DNA of 64,000 bases from positions 372,001-436,000 of the forward strand of contig CM022676.1 of assembly GCA_012295275.1 (NCBI GenBank). The letters run 5' to 3'. The position numbers and the translations under genes were made by a program. The notes below the pieces were generated by a model. That model was given only the letters and a program-made list of their open reading frames with translations. It made no database searches and was not told where the DNA came from. Positions 14,229 through 27,959 of the stretch are shown here, piece after piece; positions within the stretch are counted from its first letter, which is position 1; the number at the start of each line of letters is the position of its first letter. This stretch comes from Chrysomallon squamiferum (taxonomy: Eukaryota; Animalia; Mollusca).

Positions 14229-14504
14229 ATCTTACTATTACTGATATTTCTGGACTTGTTTTTTTTCCTACTGGATTCTCTGCTGAACAAACATACACTC
14301 CTGCATCATTCTTCTGTATGCCAGTCAAAGTCAGCGATACAGTTGATGTTTTGGAATGAACTGGGTTGATGTTGACAACGACACCATCCTTAATCCAGGC
14401 AACACTTGTGACTGGTGGTACAGCACTGACCCTGCAAACAACCGAACCATTTCTCTTTGCTCTGAATGTGTATGTTGATGTTGTAACCGTTAGAACTGGT
14501 GCAT
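14229..14504 (-). CDS. IgSF gene B, exon 6: I-set Ig domain (D5)
   Basis: Hand-translated APVLTVTTSTYTFRAKRNGSVVCRVSAVPPVTSVAWIKDG..NDAGVYVCSAENPVG; 276 bp, ttttcaag| and |gtaagt; missed by the ORF track. Confidence 0.9.
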
Positions 14505-14945
14505 CTTGAAAAGAAAAAGAGAAGATCTTTATCAGTTTAAAATATATTAAATTTTAGTTTTTAAATTTATTTGTTAGATTAAAATAATAATCATTATTTT
14601 TGCTGAATTAATTTATATTTTATTATATTTTTAGTAAATGAATTAACGAATGAGTGAAATAAAAAAATTATTTTCTATTTTTACTCTGAACAGTCTAACA
14701 GGATTGATTAGATCGATAATTATTTGTTAAAGTAAAAATAAAATGAAAAATATAAACACAATTATTTAGAAACTAACAGAAATACATTAACAGTAATTGT
14801 TTGTGAGATACTAGAAATGTAGGTCAAACACATCACAAATATTTAAAAATTTACAAAACAATCTAACATTAACTAACAATAACTGAGTCACTGGGAATCT
14901 AGGAAACACTAATGTAAAAACTGACATAAATGTTTTAAAACTTAC

Positions 14946-15236
14946 ATGTCACAGTAATCTGTATTTTTTCAACACCTAAACCTTCGCCGTTGTTAATCTG
15001 ACAAAAATACTCCCCTGAATCCTCTAAATCAAGAGACTTGATGACTAACACAGAGTCGCCAGGCTGGTGTGTAAGAGAAAGGTCCACTATTTTCAAAATG
15101 TCTTTCTTTCCAGCTTTATTTCGAAACCACATGAGCTGCTGTGGAGATGGACTTGATCTCGCAGAACAGTTTAAAATGGCAGTGTCTCCCTTCTTCAGTT
15201 TCAGCACTTTTGGAAACACAGTGACAACTGGAAGAT
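14946..15236 (-). CDS. IgSF gene B, exon 5: I-set Ig domain (D4)
   Basis: atgcag| and |gtaagt, 291 bp; LPVVTVFP..LNC..W..EDSGEYFC. Confidence 0.9.
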
Positions 15237-15642
15237 CTGCATTTAACATCAAACAAAAAACAATCTATCTATCAGCAGTAATAACAACAACTTGAATGAA
15301 TGCTAAATAAAACTTTAGATAAACATGTAAGTAAAACAATAAATAAAACTATAAATAAAACAAGAAATAAAACAAGAAATAGAACTATAAATAAAACAAT
15401 AAATAAAAATAAAGCTATAAATAAATATATAGATAAAATTATAAATAAAAAATACAGAAAAAACTTACTAAAACTATAAATGAAACTTGCTGGCTATAAA
15501 ATGAAAATAACTGTAAATTTAATATTAAATATAAATATCTGTACATGGTTGTAATCTAAACTATAAATTGATAAAAACTAAACTGCAAATGGCTGTAAAT
15601 TAAACTTTAAATTATGTAAAATGAAAACATAAAATGACTTAC

Positions 15643-15930
15643 ATTTTAAAAACACGCTTATTTTGGAACTGTTCCTTTCTCCTAAAGAATTTTTCACTGT
15701 GCAGGTGTAAAATCCTGTATCGTTTTTGTTTACGTTTCTTATAAACAACGACATAACACTATTGTTTAATGTATTTTGTAATCTATCAGAACTGATGTTG
15801 AGAAGTTTTTTGTTTTTAGTCCATATAAAGTCAGTGACAGGAGGGTTAGCATTCACAACACACGTAATCTTCCCATTCTCATTTTCTTTGAAAAAGTATT
15901 GTTTCTTTGGAAGTGATATGACAGGAGCAT
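15643..15930 (-). CDS. IgSF gene B, exon 4: I-set Ig domain (D3)
   Basis: tactag| and |gtaagt, 288 bp; APVISLP..ITCVVNANPPVTDFIW..NDTGFYTC. Confidence 0.9.
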
Positions 15931-16207
15931 CTAGTAATAAAAATAATAATGTTACTAGTATTTAATTTTTAATTTAGACCCATATATTTATACACAATAT
16001 CACATATATTGCCATTTGCACTTTGCCTGCTTCTGTTATACAACTGTTCTATCAGTATGGGTTTGTTTGTGTTTGTAGTTGACTGTGTATTTCTGTTTGT
16101 GTGTATGTGTCTTTGTGTCATGTGTATTCCTAAAGAGAGAGAGAGAAGAAGAAGAGATATTTTTAATACAGTGAACTATTAATGTTCTATTGCAGAATTT
16201 ACTTGTG

Positions 16208-16271
<64 letters not shown>

Positions 16272-16281
16272 TAATACTCAC

Positions 16282-16578
16282 AGTGAACTTGTAGTGTTTT
16301 ATTGACAGATTTTACTTGTGCATTTGGCTGAAACACCCAGTCACAGTGCAGAGTTTTACCATTGTCTTCTGGTTTCAACATCACAGTCAGCTGGTTGGTA
16401 ACTGTTACTGTGTTGTACTTACTGTCACTCAAACTAGTTGTACCATTGTACACTCTGTTACCTAGATGCCAAGACAGTTTGGCAGGGGGCTTCCCCAGTT
16501 CTGATATACATGTAAAAGTTGCCATTTTCCCCGCAGAAACATAACTTGATGAACTGATAACTGGGTCTGAAGGAATAA
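16282..16578 (-). CDS. IgSF gene B, exon 3: C2-set Ig domain (D2)
   Basis: aaacag| and |gtgagt, 297 bp; CISELGKPPAKLSW..PEDNG..HCDW. Confidence 0.9.
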
Positions 16579-17033
16579 CTGTTTGATAAATTAAAACAAT
16601 GAATATATTTATCCTTTAAAATAATATATGTAATATAAAGAGAGACAGAGATAAATCTACAGACAATATGTACATCAATGCAAGCTAGATAAATAGCTGT
16701 AGGTACACACATTCAGACATATCATGTCACATGTCTGATATACAAAAAAAAACTTCTATACAAATACATACATACATACAGATAGATATAAGATAAAAAC
16801 ATGCTAAAATATACATCTAAACAGGCAGATCAAGATAAATAAATATATATAATTTATATACAAACAATAGGCACACATACACAAGCAAGATAGTTATAGA
16901 TCCATACATTCCCACACAGTAATGTACATGTGTAACACACGTAAACATAGATATGAAAATAAATATACTCTACGTGCATACATACACAACTTTTGATAAA
17001 CATGTGAACACACATACACACACACATACTTAC

Positions 17034-17333
17034 TTTTTATTTCAGTCAAGAAGGGAGCTGTTTGTTGAATCTTTTTGTGACGGGCAATACATTTAAACTG
17101 GAAAAATGGTTTTCTGTTCATTGTGACATCACCAAGAAATGTATACTTCAGTTCTGTCACATAATCACCATTTGTTCTCCTGTAGCGTAACATCTGACTA
17201 CCACGTCTAGTGTCAGCACCATCCTCTCTCGTCCATTTCAGAGACATGAACCCTCTTCTATTTACAGCTTTGCAAGATATTGTGTTGTTTAAACCAGCAA
17301 ATATGTTACCACTGCTGATCATCAAATGTGATG
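17034..17333 (-). CDS. IgSF gene B, exon 2: N-terminal divergent Ig-like domain (D1)
   Basis: ccccag| and |gtaagt, 300 bp; ISC..LKW..VTELKYTF..MNRKP..FKC. Confidence 0.85.
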
Positions 17334-17430
17334 CTGGGGAAAAAAGGGAAAGAATGAGAATCTCTCTCTCTCTCTCTCCCCCACTCACTCTGAAACTCTC
17401 TCTCTCTCTCTAGAGACTTAAAATATGATA

Positions 17431-17468
<38 letters not shown>

Positions 17469-17637
17469 AATTGATAGTTATTTACTGACATTACTACACA
17501 TACATGCTTAAATGCAAGTTGTATTGTTTTGTGCTTTTCTTAAAAAAAAAAATTCATTACAATAATTATCCTCATCATTAAAATTATTAATATTATTGTC
17601 ATCAATTATTAATTTAAAACTGGTTCAGAATACTTAC

Positions 17638-17704
17638 TTTCTTTAGCGGTACTAGTGGGCACCATACACAGTGTGAAAAACGTCATAAAAGGCAAGGCGT
17701 CCAT
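17638..17704 (-). CDS. IgSF gene B, signal-peptide exon
   Basis: MDALPFMTFFTLCMVPTSTAKE + phase-1 |gtaagt; DNA homologous to gene C's signal exon. Confidence 0.8.
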
Positions 17705-20116
17705 GCTCGTCAAATCATGTTAACGATTGTTATTTATCTGTGTTTAAAACAAAACTGTGATAAATAATAGTTAAACTGTTCCAGGATTATTTAAACAAAT
17801 AACTAGATTAATTTATATTTCGCTGAAAACCAAACTCTGTTAAAATGTAACCTATATTACTATAAATAACCAAATATTTACAAGTCATGGTTTTATTTGT
17901 ACATATAATTATGTGGTATAAATGTGTGAGGGGTGTGGGTATTTGTGTGTGTATAAACTGACATAATTTGTAATACAGTTTTTTTATCAGGTCATTTTTA
18001 ATGTCGTCGGATCGAGTAACTGAAAAACGAACATGCTAATAAGATCAAGCTTCTGTGAAGCATGCGTATCAGCTACGATCTCTGACCAGTTTTCAAAGGG
18101 CTCGCTTGTTACAGGATTGTCAAATGAAAGTCTTGGACTTTTTATATCTTAATCAAGGGAGATAAGAAGGAAGCAGTTTTGGATAGGCAGATTATATTTT
18201 AAATGTTAAAAACCATGGGTAGTATCAAATTTTATCGACAAATGGTTTGTTTACGCGTGGCATACGCCATGTTAGAGAATTAAATAAATCTCAATAAAGC
18301 ATGTAAAATAATATAAAATAAATAAAATGGAAAATAATCTTCGAGCCTCCCTCTTTATCTCTGCAAAAAACAATATTTTTGGCGACTGAAGAGTAAAAAA
18401 TGCTTGATTTTTTCTTACCAAAACAAAAAACAAAAAAACAACAACAAAAACTAAAACAAACCAAAAAAAGGTATATTTCTAATTCTAGCGTTAAAATACT
18501 AAATTGCAGCAAAATTCGCAGGAAAAACTTCATGTCTGAATTTACTAACACCATTTGTTCCATTTAATTTATTCAGATTGTTAATGGTTTCGTTATACAA
18601 TTTACGCAGTTTATCGGAATAAAAGGTTTGATATATGATCATTAAGTTCTAAAATACGTACATGTATTATCGATTATGCTAGTGACAAGCAAAATTTAGT
18701 TACTGTGTCTTCTGTTACTTAAACACGCAATTTCCGGATTAATGAAAAAAAAAAAAAAAAAAAGAAGAAGAAGAAAAAAAGATGTCTGATAGGAAGAAAA
18801 AGAAAAATGACGTCATATTTTGTTTTATTTAACCGAATTGTTTAATACTTTAAAACATGTTAAATATTATTTTAAAAGATAATAAAGAGAAAACGTGTGT
18901 ATAGAGAATTGAACGTTCTTATTGAATGAAGCAAAATATTCTTGTCCGAATAAAATATATTATGTATAGTACAATAATAAAGTACAGTAATAAAGATGGC
19001 AAAACTCCGCATTGTACAGCCGGGCAAAACTGTGATTTACTTTTGAGAGCAAACTTCCTGAGATATTAACAGTTTATCATTAAAACCTAATGTTATCAGA
19101 TTTTCATTAAAATTAATTTTCAAATTAACAAGATTATGCTTTTTAATTTTTTTTTTATTTTACATTTCGTTATAAAACAAAGAGACAGAACAAGATAAAA
19201 ACAATTTTCGTGAAAAGTTTTGTTTGAAGGTGACATATTCTTAACTTTTACTTCTTGCTCTCAGCAATTTAAATAAATGTAAACAAAGACAGTATTGCCA
19301 TTATTTTGTCGTATATTATCGATCGTTTCTTGTTTTTGATAAAATAATTTTATTATTATTTATTTATTTATTTATTTATTTATATTGAAAAGCAGTTGGT
19401 GATGTAGTGGTTGCTCTTGCATTTTGCAGGGAACTATGTCGTTTTATACGATCGCTATAATATATTGTAATAGTCATTCTGTTTAAAAATTGGAAACAAG
19501 TAGTTACATTTCTAATATTTAAATGTTCTTTTTATTACCGATAAAAATATACTCGTATACCAGTGTTTCCACGTTATATGCCGCCTAGCTATTTCTTATT
19601 TTTCTTCCTTTTTATTTTTTTTTTATTTTTGTGCCCTTATGTTTACGTCCTGTTCCAATAACAAGCTTCAGTTTTGCCATCATCGGAAGTTGAGACATTT
19701 TGACGTGGTGTATGATAGACTATGCGCCATCTAGCTTATGTTCTACGTCATAGGACAGAAGACACCTAAAAAATCACCATGAAAATGCAGTGGAATTATA
19801 AATTATTCTTTTCCCATGTAAATGTATGTATTATTTATTACTTATTTTGTTTTTTGAGGTTTAACAGAAAATTAAAACAAAATTATTGGCAAAAATAAAC
19901 ATTTTGTCGGTATCTAACATACGTTTATAATAAATAAACAAAAACTAAAACAAAATAAGAAAACAACAACAACATAAGATATTAAATAAATTAAAAAGAC
20001 TAAAAAACTTGCAGGTCAAGATATTCAATGCCATTAAATTTGCAGGTCTTGAATTTTTTTTTTTTTTTTTTTTTTTTCAGAAGACGAACTTTATATAAAG
20101 TTCTAACAGCACACAG

Positions 20117-20178
<62 letters not shown>

Positions 20179-20445
20179 TTTAATAACAATATATATTATG
20201 TACAAAACAAAATGCTAGACTAACATATTCTTTGACCAGCACTCTCTGGCACACTAACAACGTCTTACTTGACGGTCTGGAACATTCCGCATTTACTTTG
20301 TCAATTATTTTTCACACTACTACTGGTGCTAAAGACAAATAAAAGTCATTTTGCGATATTTATCAAACATGGCTTTCAAATTAAACCTCTGATCGGCGTG
20401 TTTTCCGTTTAGAGGGCCTCATGCGCCGGGTCCTTAACTGTCAGC

Positions 20446-20492
<47 letters not shown>

Positions 20493-20729
20493 TACCTATC
20501 TATCTATATATACATATATACGTGTTTGTCTATATAATATATATAAATGCATATATATATATATATATATATTTATATACACACACATACATACATACAT
20601 ACATACATACCTATATATATGTACACGTATATGATTTAATTGTTTAAAATATGGTATCACAATTTATGTTAATTAAGTTAATTTCTTCAAACACGAGGCA
20701 TATAATGTATTTAACTTCTTTCTCTAAGG

Positions 20730-21012
20730 CATAGGTTTTTAATCTGGGGGTCGCCGGTCCTTTTTCTGGGGGTCTCGAGATCATTCCTGAGCGAGGGCAT
20801 GTTTTTGCTTTTTTCAACTTGACTTGGAAGGAGGAATAAATAAAAACATTTAGATAGGTTTGGAACATGTCACAGTGAATATAGATTCCTTTTGAACTGT
20901 CTTTGGTTGATGAAACTATGGCAACCCAGGATATTCTGAATCAAACATTTTAAATGGGGTCATCGTTCATATTGAGTTATCGGTCGCGATATGAAAAGGT
21001 TGAAAACCACTA
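20730..21012. mobile_element. hAT-type non-autonomous MITE
   Basis: Imperfect TIRs cataggtttttaatct / aggttgaaaaccacta; 8-bp TSD ctctaagg/ctctaaag. Confidence 0.7.
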
Positions 21013-21372
21013 CTCTAAAGTGATTGTTTTAAACAAACAAAATTTGACAAATAACAAAAATATTGATGATAATATATAAACAATATATACACTAAGCAAT
21101 ACGTTTTTACAGGAATGTTTACGGATTCCACTTTTTAAAAAACGTTTTCTTTGCCATCAATTTTTTTTCTCACTAGTATATATGTGTGCGTATAGTTATG
21201 CCTTCTCAGGTTTAACATATTTTAACAAAGTTTGATTTTCGAAATAAAATTAAATAATTGTAATATACAAAAGTATCTGAGTTGTTTAAGACACACTGTA
21301 AACAATTTAAATATTATTCATATGACAGTTTTGTTTTTAATACAGGTAAATAACAATTCCTAACATGATTTC

Positions 21373-21451
21373 ATGAGTATGAACTTGTTACCTTTTGTGA
21401 TGCTTTTAACACTGTCAGCATGTATATTTACCATGAATACATCTAAGCAAT
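21373..21451 (+). CDS. IgSF gene C, signal-peptide exon
   Basis: MSMNLLPFVMLLTLSACIFTMNTSKQ + phase-1 |gtaagt; upstream acceptor tacag| near 21345. Confidence 0.8.
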
Positions 21452-21517
21452 GTAAGTATTCATGAAAAACTCAATACTGTTGTCAGTTCTCTCTATACCA
21501 ATTATCAATTCCTGTCC

Positions 21518-21611
<94 letters not shown>

Positions 21612-21703
21612 CAGTCTATGCTTTGTATGTGTATTCATGTGTTTCATTATAGGGACATCACTATTAAAGAATGGTAACATTATGCTGATTTTTGTTTTGC
21701 TAG

Positions 21704-21991
21704 CTGCTCCTATCATATCACTACCAAAGACACTGTACCGTTTTAAAAACAATCAGAGCGGGACGATTACGTGTGTTGTGAATGCTAACCCTCCTGTCAC
21801 TCACTTTATATGGATTAAAAACAAACAAATTCTCAACATGAATTCTGAAAGATTACAAAAGACATTAAGAAATGGTGTCATGTCGTTGTTTATAAGAAAC
21901 GTACAAAAAACCGACAAAGGAATTTACATTTGTAGTGCGAGCAATTCCGTAGGAGAAACATGGAGCGGAATAATACATGTATATGTACAGT
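21704..21991 (+). CDS. IgSF gene C, exon 2: I-set Ig domain (close paralog of B-D3)
   Basis: tgctag| and |gtaagt, 288 bp; ~60/95 residues identical to B-D3 by eye. Confidence 0.9.
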
Positions 21992-22309
21992 GTAAGTAAA
22001 TAATTTTGAATATATTACTATATTACGACTGCTACACCGGCAGCTACAATTAGTTACGTACAGTTTCATTTATAATTATGTACAGTCGAATCTTACAGGT
22101 TTTTGTTAGTTATGAACGACACTGAAATTTTTATGGACATTAAGTTTCTTTCTTTTGTGATCTCAGTCTGCTGGGGCTTCCTGTACCATTTTTTTCTTCT
22201 CAACAACCAATATACAATTATATACAGCTGTGGTATCGCTATGTAAAAAAAGCCCGTCCCATATAACCAAAACATGTCGCCGAAATACTTTTGAAGAGAT
22301 GTTATAACT

Positions 22310-23659
22310 GTCTTTATTAATGCATTATGTTATTTCTAGATTTCATGTCTTTATTAATGCATTATATTATTTCTAGATTTCCTATCTGTCTTTGATGCAT
22401 GTTATTACTTCTAGTTGTTCTAACAGTATTTCTTCATATATTATGCTATTCAGATATTCTGATTGCCTGTTAATACATTATATTATTTCTAGATGTGTTG
22501 GTCGTCTCAGTTAATACATTATCTTAATCCTAGATGTTGTGATTGTCTTTATTAACACATTTTATTATTTCTAGATGTTGTGATTGTGTTAATTAAATCA
22601 TTTTATTATTTCAAGATGTTTTAATTGTCTTTAATATATTATGTTATTTGTAGATGTGCTGATTGGCTTTATTAATAAATTTTGTTATTTCTAGATGTTT
22701 TAATTGTCTTTATCGTGTTATTTCTAGATGTGCTGATTGGCTTTATTCATTCATTACCTTATTTCTAATGTACTGATTGACGTTATTAACACATAATGTT
22801 ATTCCTATGTGTTCTGATTAACTTTATTAACACATTATGTTATTCCTAGATGTTCGGTCTGTATTAACACATTATATGATTCCTAGATGTTCATATTGCT
22901 TTATTCATACATTATATTGTTTCTAGATGTTCTACTTGTCTTTATTCATATATTATATTATTTCTAGATGTTCTGAGTGTCTATATTAATACATTATATC
23001 ATTGCTAGAGTGGTAGCGATATTTTTTCACACATTGTGCATTTCATAGATTTTCTAATTATCTTTATTCATGTATTATTTCTAGATGTTCTAACACTATT
23101 TCTTTATACATTATATTATTTCAAGATGTTTTAGTTATCTTTATTTTTACATTATGCTTCCTACATGCTCCGTACATCTTTATTTATACATATTCCTACA
23201 AGTTGTAATTGTCTTTATTTATGCATGATGATATTCCTACAAGTTGTAATTGTCTTTATTTATACATTATGATATTCCTACAAGTTGTAATTGTCTTTAT
23301 TTATACATGATGATATTCCTACAAGTTCTAATTGTCTTTATTTATTGATATACACAAGTTGTAATTGATATTTTCATGATACAAGTTCTAATTGTCTTTA
23401 TTTATACATTATGATATTCCTACAAGTTGTAATTGTTTTTATTTATACATTACGATATTCCTACAAGTTGTAATTGTTTTTATTTATACATTATGATATT
23501 CCTACATGTTCTAATTGTTTTTATTTATACATTACGATATTCCTACAAGTTGTAATTGTTTTAATTTATACATTACGATATTCCTACATGTTCTGTTTTA
23601 ATTTATATATGTTCGTAGATGTTCTTGCGGTATTCCTTCTTATATTATGTTATTCCTAG
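22310..23659 (+). repeat. Degenerate ~41-bp intronic minisatellite resembling the downstream splice acceptor
   Basis: Unit ~tttattaatacattatgttatttctagatgttctgattgtc, 41-bp spacing (e.g. 22531/22572, 23231/23272). Confidence 0.85.
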
Positions 23660-23935
23660 ATCTTCCCGAGGTGGAAGTGGTTCCTACGACACTTGTTCTT
23701 GGTAAAGATGAAGGAACAACGTTATTCTGTTTTGTGGATGCCTATCCTCCAGCAAAGTTAATTGTCTGGTACACTGAAAAGCAAAATGGAAAAAAACAAA
23801 TTTTAAAAGTTTTGAGGCTGGCTGATTCAAACTCAGGCGTTGGGTCCCTATATGTGAATAAAACGGGTCACTACTTCTGTGAAGTTTTTAACATAAATGG
23901 CACTGGTCTAGGAAAGGCTGATGCTCTCGTTGAAA
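23660..23935 (+). CDS. IgSF gene C, exon 3: Ig domain (B-D4/D6 type)
   Basis: tcctag| and |gtatgt, 276 bp; LPEVEVVP..LFCFVDAYPP..VW..GHYFC. Confidence 0.85.
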
Positions 23936-24363
23936 GTATGTCTGTTTTGTTAATTGTTAATATACAACACTCTCTGGTTTAGTATTCTTAGCTAATTTGC
24001 AAATGTAAGGGAACATTTTGTTTAGTAATGCGTAGCGAGTCACTGTAGAGACAGACTTTGACTTTTTCAGTGATAAGCAACAGGCCTATCAGGTTTTTGA
24101 AGCATTCAGTTGCAATAAGAACTGTGAGCATAAAATTATTATACTGATGATTATTATTTTTTAATTATTTTATTTTATGTTCACTACAAACTACAATAAA
24201 AGCATTATTGTAATATATATCTATATCTATATCTGTCTATATAATCTATCTATCTATCTATATATTATAACCATACATTAAAACCACATATTTACAAATA
24301 ACAATACAATACATCAGTATAATTACAAGCAATACCACGATATTTCATGATTTTGAATTTTAG

Positions 24364-24482
24364 AACTAAAACCGCTTTCGAAAGATATTTCATCCACGAC
24401 GGCTCTCAACAGCGCGATTCCATTCATCATATTCCTTCTAATCCTGTCATTGCTACATGTTCCTTTTGTAAGAGGTTTGTAA
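24364..24482 (+). CDS. IgSF gene C, exon 4: stalk + hydrophobic C-terminus (TM or GPI signal)
   Basis: ttttag| phase 1; KLKPLSKDISSTTALNSAIPFIIFLLILSLLHVPFVRGL*; a possible donor at 24475 could add a tail exon near 25494. Confidence 0.7.
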
Positions 24483-24869
24483 CGTTAATATTACAACCAC
24501 TATTAACACTGACACTAATGTTAATGTTGATACAGCTAATAACATTACTATCACCACTACTGTTACACCATAGCCATCACTTGTAGGACGACTAGAACCA
24601 CTGCAACAACAACTACTACTATTACTATTACTAATAATAATTATGCTAGCTTAATCACTGCAACACAAGCGTGCTGCTCAACTATGAGATAGATGATGAT
24701 ATCGTATAGTTATATTTATGCAACATGAACGTGGTTTATAAAGACAATTGCGTATTGGTGCACATTTTAATTAGTGAATGAAAAAGCAGCATAGTTATCC
24801 ATTATAGCTATTGCAATAAGAGAATTATTTCTACCATTACGACCACAACCACCTCTAGTAGTATTAACA

Positions 24870-25376
24870 CTATTATTAATACAACTACTACTGCTGCTGA
24901 TACTAATACCATTACAGTATATCAGTAACTCTATGGCTGTACTAATTACCACTACTACTACTAATGTAATATCAGTACTACTTCCAATTTAATACTATTG
25001 CCACTATTACTGCTGCTAATGCTAATTCTACTGCCACTGCTACTACTGTTAATACTAATACTAACACTATTACAATCAATACTACTACTAATACTAACGC
25101 TAATACCACTACTATTACTGTTAGTAATAATAATACTAATACCATTACTGCTACTATTACAGCTATCATTACTGCTATTCCTGCCACTACTAGTACTATT
25201 ACTGCTGCTACTACTGCTATAGTATTACTACTTCTGTTTCTGCTGCTGCTATTGAAAGTGCTCTACCACTTTTATTACTACAACTAAACCACTATTGCCA
25301 CTGCTACCACCATTACTACTTCTTAATCGTTTGCTACTACTAACACCACTATCATTAGTCCTACTAATACCACCAC

Positions 25377-25435
<59 letters not shown>
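24870..25435. repeat. Degenerate (CTA/CTG)n followed by (AAT)n trinucleotide repeat
   Basis: Directly visible; source of spurious hydrophobic ORFs. Confidence 0.85.
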
Positions 25436-25436
<1 letters not shown>

Positions 25437-26651
25437 GATCATCCTAATATTAATTGTAACAATTACAATGATGATGATGGTATCTTCGAACAGATATCCT
25501 TTTTCCCGAAACAAGTGTGAAACCAGAAATTCAGGAATACCAACCAAGAACGAGTTCGTTGAGTCAGACCATATGATGCAAACGGAGAATGTCAAGAACA
25601 AACAAAAAGTCACGCACCAGAAAATGGACAGACCGAGGAAGAAATGTCATATTCGACCCCAAAAGTCGTACACAACACATCAAATAACAACAACTATATA
25701 ATCACAAAACTGTGATATGTTTTGGTCGACAGATAAATTGTGCACATTGTTTATGTATTTTGTTTGTTTGTTTATTTATGAATTTAAATATTTTTTTATG
25801 TTTTTACTTTTTTTTCAGTCAGTCAGAACGGACATATAATAAAGATAAGGTTTTAACGGGAATGATAATTTGAATCAGTTATAGTCCCTAAGTTAGAGGA
25901 CTTAAAACATTTTTAGCAACCTTATTTGCTTTTAATTATTTTTATCTACAAACATTGATACTTTGTATAATGTTATTTTACTTTTCTTCTTTCTCTCGTT
26001 TTGTGGAAACCTTCAAGATAGGAAAATGGTGGATGGTTCGCTTGTTTTAAAAAACTAAATAATTAATAATATTCTAAATAGTAACTGTCATATCTCGTAT
26101 ATATCATATATCATACTATTTAGATATATATATATAAAATTATGCTGGCATGTGTATGCATGTGGATGATGAATAGAAAATTAAAAACAAAATAATACAA
26201 AATATTTATCTTTAATTAAACATTTTTAATTTTTTTTTTTAATTTTTTGATTTTTCTATCACACTAAAAAGAAGTCTGCTTCTCGGTCAAACCACATAAC
26301 CTTTCTTAACCATATCTGTAAGAAAGAAAAAGAAAATAATATATATTCTTAATTGATCCTGTATTACAGGAATAAAATGCCCGACCCTCCCATTATCTGT
26401 GGATCTAAGAAATATTGACATATGAACGGTATTTAAAACTGATGTTTGCTAAATGACTAGTATGTTTTTCTGATATACTGATAAGGCTAGAGCAGAAACC
26501 TATTATTACCACTGCATGGGCAACCACAGAGTGTTAAACAAAGTTATTCACAAAAATAAAGAAAACGTTAGGCTGGATCGGGAAAGAGTGAACGCAATAT
26601 GGATGACTGATAACAAGGCATGTCATGGCTTCTAAACACAATGACATGCAC

Positions 26652-26706
<55 letters not shown>

Positions 26707-27032
26707 TTTTTTTTCAGAAGGTAGAAATATAGTATGCTTTATGGACAGTCATATACACACAAACACACTCATTGTATATCATATATAAATATATATCGTC
26801 CGCGTGTTTCGATATTAACTGCTACATTTTAACAGTATCGTTTAAGTGTAAGAGCCCTATTTGACTGGGTGGATTGTGAAATAGTTCGTGGTATCCATCG
26901 AGTGCAACTGGTCCAGTGTTCCATTATTAAACTGAATGACTAATAGCTTCAAAGTGATAGAAAATAAGAAAATAATATTTAAACTACTGTTTTACATTTC
27001 AGCGAAATTCAGTCACTCTGTCGTTTGAAGTA

Positions 27033-27079
<47 letters not shown>

Positions 27080-27550
27080 ACTTCTCAAGGTATAGTTCAT
27101 TGAATTTCTCTGACATATAAATATATAAAATAATGACCTACTTTTAAACAAAATAATATTTAAATATAAATTAAACAACAAATATTTTAATAATTTTACT
27201 ACAACAAAATAAAATTATTTGAGAATAACATCATGCTGGTTAATATGAAATTAATTAAAGGATTTGTATAATTAGTTTTCAAAGACGTCTAATTATTTGA
27301 GAGAAAAAAGGTCACCACGGATAATATTTAAAAATTAGTGACAAGACTTTATGATAATAAATTCCTGAAAGATAACAAATATAATTAGTGAAAAGATTTT
27401 ATGATGACAAATTCATAATACTTAACAGATGAAATACTTTTCTTTTATAATAGTAATAAACTCATCAGAGATAATACGTAAAATCAGTGACAAGTATCCT
27501 CATAATTACAATTCAGATATATTAAAGATCAGTCACAAACAAACTTGGTT

Positions 27551-27648
27551 TCATTCAATCTTTGAAAAAATGGATGCATCAGAGTTTCTTCTGCTTTCTC
27601 CCGTCTCTGTGTTGTTCTTAAACTTATACCATTTGTTCTGTGTATCAT
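27551..27648 (-). CDS. IgSF fragment D, putative terminal cytoplasmic exon
   Basis: tttacag| phase 1, compatible with the TM exon donor; DTQNKWYKFKNNTETGESRRNSDASIFSKIE*. Confidence 0.55.
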
Positions 27649-27959
27649 CTGTAAATATAAAACATTCTCTCTCACCTTTAAATACATACACAGGAACACA
27701 AACCCATAGACACGTACACAGATACATAAACATACTCATCATTCATTCATTAATTCATTCTTTCATTGATCTAAAAACATACTAACCTTCTCGTGCACCA
27801 GTTACAGTTATGACATTATTTATTCTTTTATTCTGTTATTTCAATACGTCAGTCATTCATCTACATAAAAATAATGATGTTGACCATTACTCATCTTCAT
27901 TTCATTCATTATTTCTTATATAAATATACTAAAAGTTTCATGTTAAAATAAGAAAGCTC

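Noticed and set aside
15038-15965. Antisense ORFs overlapping Ig exons (also near 16362, 17210, 31121, 43772, 51194)
   Set aside because: Shadow frames of real exons
24978-25222. Hydrophobic ORFs on both strands resembling membrane proteins
   Set aside because: Degenerate trinucleotide repeat artefact
27787-27832. Possible 46-bp cytoplasmic mini-exon of D (cag|...|gttagt)
   Set aside because: In the phase set by the TM donor it gives an immediate stop; unsupported without transcripts
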